From the IMG/VR virus record IMGVR_UViG_3300032213_001078, positions 1 through 61,714 of that record: a stretch of DNA of 61,714 nucleotides. One strand, given 5' to 3'. This DNA is from a virus. Its lineage: Duplodnaviria > Caudoviricetes. Of the stretch, positions 35,291 to 46,600 are shown piece after piece. Every line of letters begins with the position of its first letter. Position 1 is the first letter of the stretch. The notes below the pieces were generated by a model. That model saw only the letters and a list, made by a program, of their open reading frames with translations, made no database searches and was not told where the DNA came from. The position numbers and the translations under genes were made by a program.

Positions 35291-38200
35291 TTATTGAATG
35301 TTTTGAGTAGTCTCAGATTTTCCTGGTCCTGAGTAGTAAGATCCTCCGCTACCAGCATAACTTACAGAACCTCCGCCTCCAGCTCCGCCTCCTGTTGCAG
35401 AAGTAGAAGTTTGAGCCGCTTGATTTGTGTTATTTATTGGTTGACCACCTTCTAATTGCTTTATCTCTGCTTCTAATGCTCTAATTTCTCTCTGATTATT
35501 TTCTATTTTAGGGTCTAAATCTTTCTTAGCCTTGTCAAAAGCTTTTGTGCTTATTGCTCTAGCTTGCTCTTTTTCCTTATTCCAATTAGATATCTGTTCT
35601 TTCAAGTCAGATATTTTATTCTTTCTTTCAGCTATAGCTTCGCTATTCTTTTGCTTATTAGCTAATTTGCCTGAATATCTTCCAGCTGGATCTGTCTGCT
35701 TTAAATTATTGGCAAGATCTGAAGATGCTTTAGCCATCATCTTTCTCATTCTCTTTCTTAATTTCTTACCACCTTTAATGCTATTAATAAATCCATTAAT
35801 ACCTAAACCTTCTGGTGGATCTTCGTCTTCGCTATCAGGATCATCACTGCCTGTATCAAATTCCATAAATTCTATATCGTCTATAGTAAGATCTTCGTCA
35901 GTTAAGAAGTTCATAGACTCTTCCATCACTGAAATATCATTAGCAGAAAAACCAGAAAATCCTAGATTAGGTTGATTTCCTCCTGATTCTGCTTTTTGAC
36001 CTTCTAAATTGGATTGCTTTCTTCTCGCATCTTCAGCTAAGAAAGAATCCAAACTCTTTCCATAATCGTCTCCTCCAATATTTGTTACCATAGAATCCAA
36101 TCCAGCTCCGTTTCCATCGAAGCTTGCATTAGAAATTGGAACATTTAAAGGAGTTCCATTGGCATTAGTACGATTAATAGCAGAAGATTGATTATTTGAA
36201 GCAATTCCTGCTAAACCTAAAGTTTGAGAAACACCTCCATTTTGATTAATATTTTGACCTTGCTTAGAAGCCGCTAAATCTCCAAGTCCTGTCATTAGTG
36301 GACCTGTAAGACCAGAAACTCCTGATCCTCCATTTGGATTAGTACCACCTAAGCCATTTATCATTACGTTAGCTTTTTGAGCGTATCCAAGAGCATTAGT
36401 ATTAACTAATCCTAAAGAAAGTAATTTCGCTTTTACTTCTGCGATAATAATTTTATCGTCAGAAGCATAAGTAGCGTCTGATTGTGTAGCAAGAATTCCA
36501 TTTTGATCTATAGCAATTCCGTAACGTCTTCTTAATTTTATTTCTGTGTCTACTGATTCTTCTGTTAATATTTCTATAGTGTAAGGTCCAAATTTATTAT
36601 TTTTGGCATTCTTTTTATCAAAGTAATTGTTTAAAAAATCTAATAGTCTAAGAGCTCTATCTCTTAAAAGATCTCTTACATCTTTAAATTCATTCATTAA
36701 AGCTGGATCTATATAAGTTCTATTTCTTCTTGCATTTAATTCACTAGCGCTAGGGGTTACGCCTATTACACCGAAACCATTTCCATTTGCGTTAGAGTCT
36801 AGAACTATACCAGAAGTATTGATAGCAGATTGTTCGTTTCCTCTGCCTCTATTATTATTAAGCCCGCTTGCATTTCCTCCACCAGTTCTACCTCCTGTCC
36901 CTCCGCCTGCTGCTCCTCCTGTTCCTGTACCTCCACTTCTATTGTTAGGATTAATATTTGTACCTCCTCCAGCTAATTGATCCAAACCGTATTGATCTAA
37001 TTCTGTTTGTAGTGTTGAAGGATCTCCATATAAACCACTAGGATCAGTATAACAAGATTCTATGTTAAAGATTAAAGCGGTAATTTTTTCTACTAAAGTA
37101 AATAGCTTAGTAACTAAACTTCTCAAAAATCCTATGATAGTTTGTAAAAGTTGATTTATTTGCTTTAATCTTTTTAAGAAAAACAAAAATCCTAGTTCTT
37201 TAATGGTCTGTTGTAAAGTTTCAGCAGCTACAGTAGTTACACCTACTGTGGTAAAAGCATTTGGAATAGGTACTCCTAAAAAGAACTTTCTTAAAATCCA
37301 AAATACCTTTACTAAAAGTAAGAATAAAGATATAATATTGCTAAAGAAAGAAATGATCCTAAGTATTTGGTTTGCAATTCTTATAATCACTCTACATATG
37401 TCTATAATAGTTTTTAAGAAAGGAATAATTTTTCTTGGATCTATTATTTTAGAAATCATTTTAATGAACTTAGAAATTCTACCATCTAAAAATCTATCGG
37501 CTAAGTTAATTGCTCCACTAACTGTAGTTAAATTTTGTATAGATATTGCTATAGTTCTAATATCATCTATTTTCCTTAAAGCTTTTTGTACTTCTTGATT
37601 TGGAAAATTTCTAACGTCTGAGTATTTGTTAAACACTCTATAAACGTCTTCCATAAAATTTGAGAACAACTGTAATTCAGGAAACGCAGCAACTAGTTCA
37701 GCATCTCTTAGTCCACCTTCGCCTAACAATTCTCTTGCCGCTTGAACTTGAGTGTTGCCTTGTAAAGAGTCTCTAAAAGATAAACCTGATGCTTCTTGTT
37801 CTATTTGTTGTTCTGGAGTAAGTACTTGTTCTGGAGGAATTCCTAAAACCTCTTCTAATATTGTTCTAATTTTTTTTATCAATCCTACTAAAGCGTTTTT
37901 CTTTTTAGAAGTAGTATTGTCTCCGTACAAAGAATAGAAGTCATCTATTAGCACTTGTACTTGATAAGCTTTTAATTGTATTTCGTATTTTTTTCTAGCT
38001 AAAGGATCAGATATAGTATTAGGATCTACATTAGGATCGAATGCTTTTCCTCCTGGTATTTGATTCAACGCATACTCTAGAATATTACACATATCAACTT
38101 CTAGTAATTTATCCATTACATAGAATATACCTTTATCCAAAGTCTCCTTAAAACCAGTCATTGGATTAACTGCATCGGATTCTTCTGCTGCAGCAATTTC

Positions 38201-38452
38201 AAATTTTCCGTAGAATAGATCATCCATCTTTGCTCTTATTTCATTGATGGTTTTTCCTGCAACTATAATGGCTTTCTCTATGCCAGGTTCAGCTGTGCTA
38301 TCTGGAATAAGAATATTACTATTAGAATTAAGTTTGTTAATTGATGTTCTATCTGCATCAGAGAGTTTCTCGAAATCAGTTTTAGGTCGTACGTCAGGAG
38401 CTGTCCTAGGAGGCAACTGAGTTATCGGTTTTATTATTGTATTATCTCCCAT
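35291..38452 (-). CDS. large baseplate-associated protein with hydrophobic helices and G/N-rich linkers
   Basis: Located after the gp5-like genes; long amphipathic/hydrophobic segment; C-terminal coiled coil. Confidence 0.6.
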   Translation of the reverse strand: MGDNTIIKPITQLPPRTAPDVRPKTDFEKLSDADRTSINKLNSNSNILIPDSTAEPGIEKAIIVAGKTINEIRAKMDDLFYGKFEIAAAEESDAVNPMTGFKETLDKGIFYVMDKLLEVDMCNILEYALNQIPGGKAFDPNVDPNTISDPLARKKYEIQLKAYQVQVLIDDFYSLYGDNTTSKKKNALVGLIKKIRTILEEVLGIPPEQVLTPEQQIEQEASGLSFRDSLQGNTQVQAARELLGEGGLRDAELVAAFPELQLFSNFMEDVYRVFNKYSDVRNFPNQEVQKALRKIDDIRTIAISIQNLTTVSGAINLADRFLDGRISKFIKMISKIIDPRKIIPFLKTIIDICRVIIRIANQILRIISFFSNIISLFLLLVKVFWILRKFFLGVPIPNAFTTVGVTTVAAETLQQTIKELGFLFFLKRLKQINQLLQTIIGFLRSLVTKLFTLVEKITALIFNIESCYTDPSGLYGDPSTLQTELDQYGLDQLAGGGTNINPNNRSGGTGTGGAAGGGTGGRTGGGNASGLNNNRGRGNEQSAINTSGIVLDSNANGNGFGVIGVTPSASELNARRNRTYIDPALMNEFKDVRDLLRDRALRLLDFLNNYFDKKNAKNNKFGPYTIEILTEESVDTEIKLRRRYGIAIDQNGILATQSDATYASDDKIIIAEVKAKLLSLGLVNTNALGYAQKANVMINGLGGTNPNGGSGVSGLTGPLMTGLGDLAASKQGQNINQNGGVSQTLGLAGIASNNQSSAINRTNANGTPLNVPISNASFDGNGAGLDSMVTNIGGDDYGKSLDSFLAEDARRKQSNLEGQKAESGGNQPNLGFSGFSANDISVMEESMNFLTDEDLTIDDIEFMEFDTGSDDPDSEDEDPPEGLGINGFINSIKGGKKLRKRMRKMMAKASSDLANNLKQTDPAGRYSGKLANKQKNSEAIAERKNKISDLKEQISNWNKEKEQARAISTKAFDKAKKDLDPKIENNQREIRALEAEIKQLEGGQPINNTNQAAQTSTSATGGGAGGGGSVSYAGSGGSYYSGPGKSETTQNIQ

Positions 38453-38916
38453 TATTTAGTGTATACGACTTTTGAAAGATTAAATGCTTGTCTAGGATTT
38501 GTGCCTCCTCCAGTTACTTGATTATTAATTGCTTTAGCATTTTTAGTTACTAAAGGACCAGTTGATGCTAATAATTGCATAGAAGCTGGAAGATTGGACT
38601 CTGATACTTTTCCTAGTGCATCACCTAATTCAATTAATGTTTCGCTCAATCTAATTAAGATTTGATTTGTTTGGTACCCTAGTAAAACAGGTTCCATACC
38701 CACCATGGTATCAGGAGTTATTTTATTTCCCAAGCTAATTTTAGGTGCGTCTATGTAAACCTCAGCGTTGGCATCTATGTGTACTTCACCACCAGAAGAT
38801 ATACCCACATTCTTTTTACCCAATAAGAACACAGAATCGTTTTTAGCGTGTACAATAACTCTACCGCTACTTACGATTATCTGCTTGCCTTTATATGGAA
38901 ATTCTGGAACGTACAT
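38452..38916 (-). CDS. baseplate spike / gp5 C-terminal-like protein
   Basis: Beta-repeat GKQIIVSSGRVIVHAKNDSV...IDAPKISLG...EPVLLG. Confidence 0.65.
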   Translation of the reverse strand: MYVPEFPYKGKQIIVSSGRVIVHAKNDSVFLLGKKNVGISSGGEVHIDANAEVYIDAPKISLGNKITPDTMVGMEPVLLGYQTNQILIRLSETLIELGDALGKVSESNLPASMQLLASTGPLVTKNAKAINNQVTGGGTNPRQAFNLSKVVYTK

Positions 38917-39869
38917 TATGTATTTCTTATTGCTGTTGAATCTTGTTGTTGTGCTGATAAAATATCATTAGAAGTAGGTGCTTGCTCTATTTCTAATATT
39001 ACTTGAGATTGTTTTGATAAACCTTTTCCATAAGATCTAAATGGAAAATTAACCACATCTTCTAAAACTATTTTTTGAGTAGAAGTTAAATATATAGAAG
39101 AGTCGTCTTTGTTAATGTCTTCTATAGTTGCTGCAAATGGATCAGAATCCACAGGTTGACCTTGACCATTTCTAATAATAGTTATAGGATCACCAGTGCT
39201 TCCAACTTCTGACCAATAATTTAATGCTCTTAATCCTTTTACTGTGCTTCCGAATCTTATTGATTGACCAAATCTTGATTCAAGTATGATATCTCCTTCG
39301 AAAGGTCTTAAGTTTTTTATTCTTTCGTTCTCTATAAAAGTTCTACCAAGAGGAAGTCTAAAAGCTAGTGTATCTGTTTTGCCTTGAAACTCTGGTCTTG
39401 AGCTTGCTTTGCTTATGTATTGACCGTACTCTTCCATATTAGGAAAAGCATTGTGATTAACTCCGTTCCACAAAGCGTAAGGAGGAAAGTAGAAAAGCTG
39501 TTTAGCATTAAAGTCATTATTCAAATCAGGAGATGGTCCACTCATGATTAAAACAATCTCGCCCAATAAAGGGTATTGTTTTATAAAGCTAAATATTGGA
39601 AATGCAGGCTCAGTAACCTCTTTTAATTTGGACTCAGAAAGATTAGAGTACATTACTTCGTATCTTATTTTACCTACATCTTTCCAACTAGTAAAGTCAG
39701 GGTTTGGTTCTAATACGTCTCTAACTGCAGGAAGTCCATCAGGAGAAGTAAAAGCTTGTATAGATCTAGTGAAAGGTCCTTGCACTATGGATTTAACTCG
39801 ACCAATTATAAAGTACTGGCCAAATTTACCCGTTTTATCGGCTTTAAAATTATTACCGAATATACTCAT
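38916..39869 (-). CDS. baseplate hub / gp5 N-terminal-like protein
   Basis: YPLLGEIVLI OB-fold-like motif; PFEGDIILESRFGQSIRFG. Confidence 0.65.
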   Translation of the reverse strand: MSIFGNNFKADKTGKFGQYFIIGRVKSIVQGPFTRSIQAFTSPDGLPAVRDVLEPNPDFTSWKDVGKIRYEVMYSNLSESKLKEVTEPAFPIFSFIKQYPLLGEIVLIMSGPSPDLNNDFNAKQLFYFPPYALWNGVNHNAFPNMEEYGQYISKASSRPEFQGKTDTLAFRLPLGRTFIENERIKNLRPFEGDIILESRFGQSIRFGSTVKGLRALNYWSEVGSTGDPITIIRNGQGQPVDSDPFAATIEDINKDDSSIYLTSTQKIVLEDVVNFPFRSYGKGLSKQSQVILEIEQAPTSNDILSAQQQDSTAIRNT

Positions 39870-40222
39870 TATGTGCTAGGTAATTGTTTTTTAGGAGCCA
39901 TTGAAGTAACTTCGCTCATTAATTGCTCGATATCTTTCTCTGACAAAAGGCCTCCATCTTCTACAGATTTGTCTTTTGCGTCAGCAGATTTTTGGAAAGC
40001 ACTAAGTATTTTCATTAGCACTTCGTCGTTCTTAAGACTAGAATCCAATAGACCTTTGATCATTGGCATAAGAACTATAGCATCACCAGGACCATCAATC
40101 ATATCAGCTAGACGTAGTATTTCAGACTTTATCGTAGAATCTTGGGACTTATGTTTGTTGTAAACCTCTTCCACCAATTGCGCCAAAGTCTTGCCAGGAA
40201 AGATTTCCTTTTCTAGTTCCAT
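39869..40222 (-). CDS. hypothetical protein
   Basis: First gene of the tail operon; late motif upstream. Confidence 0.7.
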   Translation of the reverse strand: MELEKEIFPGKTLAQLVEEVYNKHKSQDSTIKSEILRLADMIDGPGDAIVLMPMIKGLLDSSLKNDEVLMKILSAFQKSADAKDKSVEDGGLLSEKDIEQLMSEVTSMAPKKQLPST

Positions 40223-40232
40223 AGGATTTTTT

Positions 40233-40242
40233 AAATAAATAT
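40233..40242 (-). promoter_or_regulatory. putative late promoter motif
   Basis: ATATTTATTT 10 nt before ATG 40222. Confidence 0.55.
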
Positions 40243-41000
40243 TACTGGTCTACGTTTTCAATATGGTGATCCAGCACCTCCTTGTATATGGTCTTGAGCT
40301 TTTTAATAACCTTTGTAATGGTATTAGATTGGCAGTCAGTGATCTCTTTTATGTATATAAAGAGAGCCTTTTTATTGAATATGTCTATGTTGTCTCGCTT
40401 CTTAAACACTTCTAAGATAGCATCTGCAACCTTAATTTCACCTTCTTTGTCGAACAGTTCAACTAGATTATCGTCAACATATTTTATGAATTGATCTATT
40501 ACAGAAACTCTATTAATGTCAGAGGATTCTGGTTCTAAAATTAAAGTTTCATGAGTACTATTGGCGTTATCAATCTCTTCTACCTGTATCTTAGAAACCA
40601 TTTTTTTGTAGTTCTTTTGATTGTAGATAATCAAGTATCTTTTGGCAATGGTACCAAAATAAGAGTAGGCTTTACCTTTTGATTGATCGTAAAGGTGCAA
40701 TTTTTGTAAAAGAAAAGAGATAACTTCGTACTTAAGATCTTCAATATTATCTACTTCTGTGTAATAAAACTTAAAAGTGTGGATAATATTCTCGGCTAAT
40801 TTATAAAACGCGTAGTGAATCTCTTTGTTATAAATTTGATTTGCTACGGCTTGATTTGGAGCAGCGCGATATCTTAAGATTGCCTCTTCAGTTTCAGAAG
40901 TAAAGTAGACATTCTTGGTTTTTGGTTTTCTTTTTCTAGGAGTGCCTTTAATTGTAAGGCCCATGTCCTGTTCTGCTTCAACTATTAAGTCTTCTGCCAT
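40242..41000 (-). CDS. phage late sigma factor (T4 gp55-like)
   Basis: NVYF, FYKLAENII, YDQSKGKAYSYFGTIAKRYLI (sigma region-2-like). Confidence 0.7.
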   Translation of the reverse strand: MAEDLIVEAEQDMGLTIKGTPRKRKPKTKNVYFTSETEEAILRYRAAPNQAVANQIYNKEIHYAFYKLAENIIHTFKFYYTEVDNIEDLKYEVISFLLQKLHLYDQSKGKAYSYFGTIAKRYLIIYNQKNYKKMVSKIQVEEIDNANSTHETLILEPESSDINRVSVIDQFIKYVDDNLVELFDKEGEIKVADAILEVFKKRDNIDIFNKKALFIYIKEITDCQSNTITKVIKKLKTIYKEVLDHHIENVDQ

Positions 41001-41003
41001 GGT

Positions 41004-41276
41004 TTATTTTCTCCCTGTAAATTGTTGAACACGTAATTGAATTGCTTTAATTGTTTCAAATAGAGATAACAACTCTGGATCTGATTGAACCCACATTGTC
41101 ATGTCTATTTTATTTACTAAGCCGTTAAACTCGTCTAATAAAGACATTGTATCGTTTACAAAGCCACTTTGATTAAGTACGATCTCTTCTAAACGTTTAT
41201 TTTTTCTATATAAATTGTATACTATAGCGCCAAAGATTGTGACGAACCATAATACTAGTGCAATTATTCCAGTCAT
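41004..41276 (-). CDS. small membrane-anchored protein
   Basis: N-terminal transmembrane helix followed by a basic patch. Confidence 0.65.
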   Translation of the reverse strand: MTGIIALVLWFVTIFGAIVYNLYRKNKRLEEIVLNQSGFVNDTMSLLDEFNGLVNKIDMTMWVQSDPELLSLFETIKAIQLRVQQFTGRK

Positions 41277-41282
41277 TTTATT

Positions 41283-41915
41283 TTAAATTTGTGTTTCTAC
41301 TCTCGAAGCCATTAAATCGGCTTGATGAAGTATGTAAGGTAAATTAGATTTTAATTCAGAGTCAGAACTGTACGTAATATAATACGGCTTATTTGCTTCT
41401 TCGTACAATCCATCGTGTAATTTGATTGCCAAGAATTCATTTTCGCTAACAGAAATACCAGCTTCTTGTAAATAGAATAAACTTCTATCTGCAATTCTCA
41501 TGTGAGTGATCTTACTATTATATTTAAAGTGTGCTCCTTGTTTCTCTACATGCCAAGAAGAGTCGTTAGGAATATAGAAAGGCTCTTCGTTAGTGCCCAA
41601 TTTACCTAGGTCATGATTAATTGCAGAGAATACTAATTCTTCAATGGTATAATCTTTCTTCTGACCAAAGCGTTCCCATACTTTATCCATTACTAAAGCG
41701 GCTTCAACTACTCTATTAACGTGTTCAACGTAACCTCCTGGAAAACAGTTGTGATGTGCTAATTTAGTAGACGCAGGACTAATAGCTAAAGTAACTTCTC
41801 TACTTTTATAAAATTCCAGTAAAGAGTCTTTTCTATCAGACGTAATATACTTGTCAATGTATCCGTAAAACTTTTGTAAGTTCTCAAGGATTTGTTCTTC
41901 TGTCAGTTTTTTCAT
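41283..41915 (-). CDS. HD-domain phosphohydrolase
   Basis: HH.FPGGYVEH, HDLGK, HDG, HQAD. Confidence 0.88.
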   Translation of the reverse strand: MKKLTEEQILENLQKFYGYIDKYITSDRKDSLLEFYKSREVTLAISPASTKLAHHNCFPGGYVEHVNRVVEAALVMDKVWERFGQKKDYTIEELVFSAINHDLGKLGTNEEPFYIPNDSSWHVEKQGAHFKYNSKITHMRIADRSLFYLQEAGISVSENEFLAIKLHDGLYEEANKPYYITYSSDSELKSNLPYILHQADLMASRVETQI

Positions 41916-41931
41916 AACTTTTATTTTTTAA

Positions 41932-42108
41932 TTAAGCTTCGTGCTCAGTGTTGATTAAGTGTTGGATCTCATTTATCTTTTCTTGCATCTTTTCTAAAGT
42001 CTCTTTTAACTCTTGTGGAGGACGCAATTGGGAAATTTGTGAATTTTGGTACATTATCATGTTTACCAACTCACTTAATTTTTTAGTAACTAGTTCTTTG
42101 TATCTCAT
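41932..42108 (-). CDS. small coiled-coil protein (58 aa, not in ORF track)
   Basis: Hand translation MRYKELVTKKLSEL...LINTEHEA; fills the gap in the operon. Confidence 0.6.
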   Translation of the reverse strand: MRYKELVTKKLSELVNMIMYQNSQISQLRPPQELKETLEKMQEKINEIQHLINTEHEA

Positions 42109-42117
42109 ATTGTTAAT

Positions 42118-42426
42118 TTAATCTTTTTGTATCGCATCTATGATATTATCTATCGAGTACATGCCCATTGTGCTAATATTCTCAGATATTATTTTTATTT
42201 TTCCTATGTCATTGTACTTTTCGGCGATGTAGAATATCTTGCCTTCCTTATTAACCATTGGGTACATATCCACTCCAGTAACATTTTCTATATTATCACA
42301 CATATTTGGATAGTCTTCGCAAGGAATTGCATCGTACTCGATTTTTAAACGATCTAAAGTTGACTTTAGTTTTTTACATTTATCACAACCTTCTAAAAGG
42401 TATACTTCTAGTTTAATCTTTTTCAT
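42118..42426 (-). CDS. glutaredoxin-like protein
   Basis: VY...CDKC..LK..L, YPMV cis-Pro motif. Confidence 0.8.
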   Translation of the reverse strand: MKKIKLEVYLLEGCDKCKKLKSTLDRLKIEYDAIPCEDYPNMCDNIENVTGVDMYPMVNKEGKIFYIAEKYNDIGKIKIISENISTMGMYSIDNIIDAIQKD

Positions 42427-42598
42427 AATCGTCAAATTCAGGATCTAATGACTTCATTGTTTCTATCCACAAGAGTTTTTGTTGATCGGACATATTTTCA
42501 AATTGCATACTTAGATATAGATATAATGCTTGTATCTCCTCCTCTGTTAGGTTTTCCTTTCCTTCTTCCCCTATGTTTAGTAGTTTTGATAAGTCCAT
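42413..42598 (-). CDS. hypothetical acidic protein
   Basis: First ORF of the leftward block. Confidence 0.55.
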   Translation of the reverse strand: MDLSKLLNIGEEGKENLTEEEIQALYLYLSMQFENMSDQQKLLWIETMKSLDPEFDDYEKD

Positions 42599-42738
42599 AG
42601 TTATCTGCTGTTGTTTTCCCCCTGTAGTAGAAGGTTTTAAAAATAATTATTTTATAGGATAATAAAAAACTTAAGTTCTAAGTGCGCTCAACAAAGATTA
42701 AATTTTTTTATTAAACATATTTTTTGTATATTAGATTC

Positions 42739-43665
42739 ATGGAGAACGAACAGTTAGTATTAGGACTTTTGGAATCTGTACTTGGAAAGGGAAAACCCGA
42801 CAAGAACAAGAAGGATCACGTGTTCCATTGCCCTATATGCAATCACAAGAAGCCAAAATTAGTGGTAAACGTTTCTAGCGGTCAATACAACTGTTGGACT
42901 TGCCATCCACCCACTAAGGGCAAAACGCCTGTGTCCCTATTCAAGAAACTGGGTGTTGACAAAGCGCGCATAGTAGAGATGAAGAGCTACTTTAAAAGCG
43001 ATCGTACCAAAATTGACGATGCTGAAACTACTCGCGTATTTTTGCCAACTGAATTCATTTCGATGACCGATAACGATGGATCTCTAGAGTATCGCCACGC
43101 TGCTGTCTACTTAAAAAAGAGAGGTATCAACGAATCAGATGTAAGAAAATACAACATTGGATATTGTAAAACTGGTCGATACAGAAATCGCGTTATTATT
43201 CCTTCTTACGATAGAAACGGTCAAGTAAATTACTTCATCGCTAGATCTTTTGAAAAGGATCCATATCAGAAGTACGACGCTCCGTCTATTCAGAAGACAG
43301 AGATTGTGGGTATGGAGTACCTTATAAATTGGTCAGTTCCAGTAATACTTTGCGAAGGAATATTCGATGCAATAGCAATAAAAAGAAATGCAGTTCCTCT
43401 ATTTGGAAAAAGTATTCCAAAGGCACTGATGTTAAAACTTGTGGAATGTCAAGTAAAAACAGTATATTTGGCTTTAGACAAGGATGCTCTTAAGGAAGCA
43501 TTGACTTACTCAGAACAATTAATAAATTTGGGTAAGGAAGTCTATTTAATAGAATTAGATGGCAAAGATCCATCCGATTTAGGTTTCGAAAATATGACAA
43601 AATTATTACAACAAGCAAAGCCGTTAACATTCGGTGAGATCATTCTCAAAAAAATGATGGGTTAA
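42739..43665 (+). CDS. DNA primase (Zn-finger + TOPRIM)
   Basis: CPICNH...CWTC; ILCEGIFDA; LALDKD; KDP; ATG 42739 preferred. Confidence 0.88.
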   Translation: MENEQLVLGLLESVLGKGKPDKNKKDHVFHCPICNHKKPKLVVNVSSGQYNCWTCHPPTKGKTPVSLFKKLGVDKARIVEMKSYFKSDRTKIDDAETTRVFLPTEFISMTDNDGSLEYRHAAVYLKKRGINESDVRKYNIGYCKTGRYRNRVIIPSYDRNGQVNYFIARSFEKDPYQKYDAPSIQKTEIVGMEYLINWSVPVILCEGIFDAIAIKRNAVPLFGKSIPKALMLKLVECQVKTVYLALDKDALKEALTYSEQLINLGKEVYLIELDGKDPSDLGFENMTKLLQQAKPLTFGEIILKKMMG

Positions 43666-43668
43666 ACC

Positions 43669-46600
43669 ATGATAAGAAAAATATTCCAAGTAAGTGATAT
43701 TCACATTAGAAACTTCAAGAGACACGACGAGTACAGGAGAGTGTTTGAGAAACTTTACAACTACATTAGAGAAAATTTTACACAAGACGATCTAATCTGT
43801 TTGACTGGAGATATCGTACACGCTAAGACTGACGTAACTCCTGAATTAGTAGAAGAGGTACAAGCTTTCCTAAAAAGTCTAGCAGACATTGGAAAAGTAT
43901 TATTGATTCCTGGCAATCACGATGCGAACTTAAACAACGGTCATAGAATGGATGCGTTGACTCCTATCGTTAATGCTTTGAACCATCCTAATCTAACTTA
44001 CCTTAAGAAGACTGAAGTATTAGACATTTATAACAACAACGTTACTTTCTATCACTGGTCTGTTTTTGATAGTCACACCGAGTATCCGAAATGCACTAAA
44101 GAAGGAGAAGACTTTAAGATCTGTTTATACCACGGACCAGTTAGCGGCACTGTAACAGAAAGCGGCTTTGGTCTTTTCGATAATGATGTGAAAGTAGAAG
44201 ATTTTGAAGGCTTTGACTTAGTTTTATTAGGTGATATACACAAAACTCAATTCTTAAACGAAGCCAAGACAATTGGATATCCAGGATCTTTGGTACAACA
44301 GAACCACGCTGAGTCTTTGGTACACGGCATATACGTTTGGGACCTTGCAACTAAGTCTGCAGAGTTTGTGGAGATAGAAAACGACACAGCTTTCTATACA
44401 ATTGAAGTGGACGCAGGAATGTATCAGCCATTACCACAATTACCTAAGAATCTTTATCTAAGAATTAAATATAGGAACACAGATCAATCAGAGATTAAGA
44501 GAATTGTAGCTGAAATTAAGCAACAACATACAGTTTTAGAGACTTCTTTAATGAAGATAAGAGATTTTACTACTTCTTCTAATGATAATAAGAAACTAAA
44601 CGTACACGACGTAAGAGATGTAGAGTATCAGAACACTTTGTTAGTAGATTTCCTAAAAGAAAAGTACGATTTAGACGAACAATCAATCAAAGACATTTGT
44701 GAGATCAACAAGACAATCAATAATGCATTACCCAAGTCAGAAGTTCCAAGAAATTCTATCTGGATACCTAAGACATTCGAATTTTCAAACATGTTTAGCT
44801 ACGGCAAAGGCAACTTTATCGACTTTTCTAACATGACTGGAACTTATGGTATCTTTGCGCCTAATGCTAGCGGTAAATCTACGCTGCTTGACTCAATCGC
44901 TTACTGTATATTCGATAAATGTTCGAGAACTACTAAGTCCGCGCAAGTAATGAACAGCACTTCAGATTCATTTCAGTGTAAATTGGTCTTCGAACTTAAT
45001 GGATTAGAGTACACTATTGAAAGAAAGGGCTCAAAACAAAAATTGGGCAATGTAAAAGTCAATGTGGACTTCTATTATGTAGATCAAGATGGAAGTAAAG
45101 TTTCTTTGAATGGTAAAGAGAGAAACGACACTAACAAAAGCATTCAAAATGTTATGGGTACGTACGAAGACTTCGTTCTTACTGCGTTATCTATGCAAAA
45201 CAACAATACAGGTTTCATTGACATGAATCAAAAGGACCGAAAAGACCTTCTTTCACAATTTTTGGACATAAATGTGTTCGAAGATTTGTACAATCTTGCT
45301 AATAACGAGATGAAAGAGGTCTCCGTTCTTTTGAAAGAGTATCAAAAACAAGACTATTACGAGCTATTGAAGAAAGCAGAGTTCGATGTAGACACATTTG
45401 ACATAGCTTTAGACGAAGCCAAAGACGAAAAGCTTGCTATTGAAGCTAAAAGAAACTCAACTAACAGACTTATACTTAGCAAAACCACTGAATTAATCCA
45501 GATAGATAGCGATATTATTGATATAGAAGAGTTAGAGAGTCAAAGATCAGCGATTGATGCGGGTATTACTAAAGTAACGTGCTCTATAAACGATAATGGA
45601 GATCTTATTGGCTTTGTGGATAAAAAAATAGAGGAACTTAACAAGCAAACAATACACGATAAGTTAATTAAAGACATAAACTTAGAAGATTATAGTCACA
45701 AGTTAAGAAGTTATGAATTAGATACCGCAGCTTTACAAGAAAAAAAGTTAGAATTGAGTCAAGCCAACACTAATCTACGTAATAGTAGAAAGAAAATGGA
45801 GAAACTTGCTGAATTAAAGTACGATCCTAATTGTAAGTTCTGTATGGATAACGTTTTTGTTAAGGACGCCATAGAAACAAAGAACTCCATACAAGAAGAA
45901 GAGAAAGCTGTGAAAGAATTGGAAGAGACTGTAGAACTTTTAGAAAAAAGAATTAAGCAACTGTCTTCTGCCATAGAGATTAAAGCGGCCAAAGACAAAT
46001 ACGACAAAGATTTACAAGCTTTAGAAACCCAAAAGAATAAACACAACGCTGAAGAGAATAAATTAAGAAAGCGACTTAACGAAGCAGAAACTTTATTGGG
46101 CAATATAAACACAAAAATAGATTCTCATAATCAGCAAGAGCAAGCGATTCAAAAAAATAAAGAAACGAACGCTGAAATAGATGAGTTGAATAAAAGCTTG
46201 AGAGCAATAGACAAAGAATTGGACACAGTTAATGACCAAATCTCTGATATTACTGCGAACAAAAAGCTTGCTGAAAACAATAAAGCAAAGTACGAGCAAG
46301 GCATTGGAAAATTAAAAGATTTAGAAACAAAATTCAAGGACTATCAATACTATTTACAAGCAGTACACAGAGACGGTCTTCCTCACAAGCTAATTGCTAA
46401 CATTATTCCTCAAGTAGAAGAGGAGATCAATAATATATTAGCGCAATTGGTAGATTTTCAAGTGGTATTACACGCTGACGATAAAAATATAAACGCATAC
46501 ATCGCTTATGACGAAAATAACTTTTGGCCTCTTGAACTTACTTCAGGCATGGAGAAGTTCGTTGCAAGTTTGGCTATCCGAACCTCTCTTATCAACGTAT

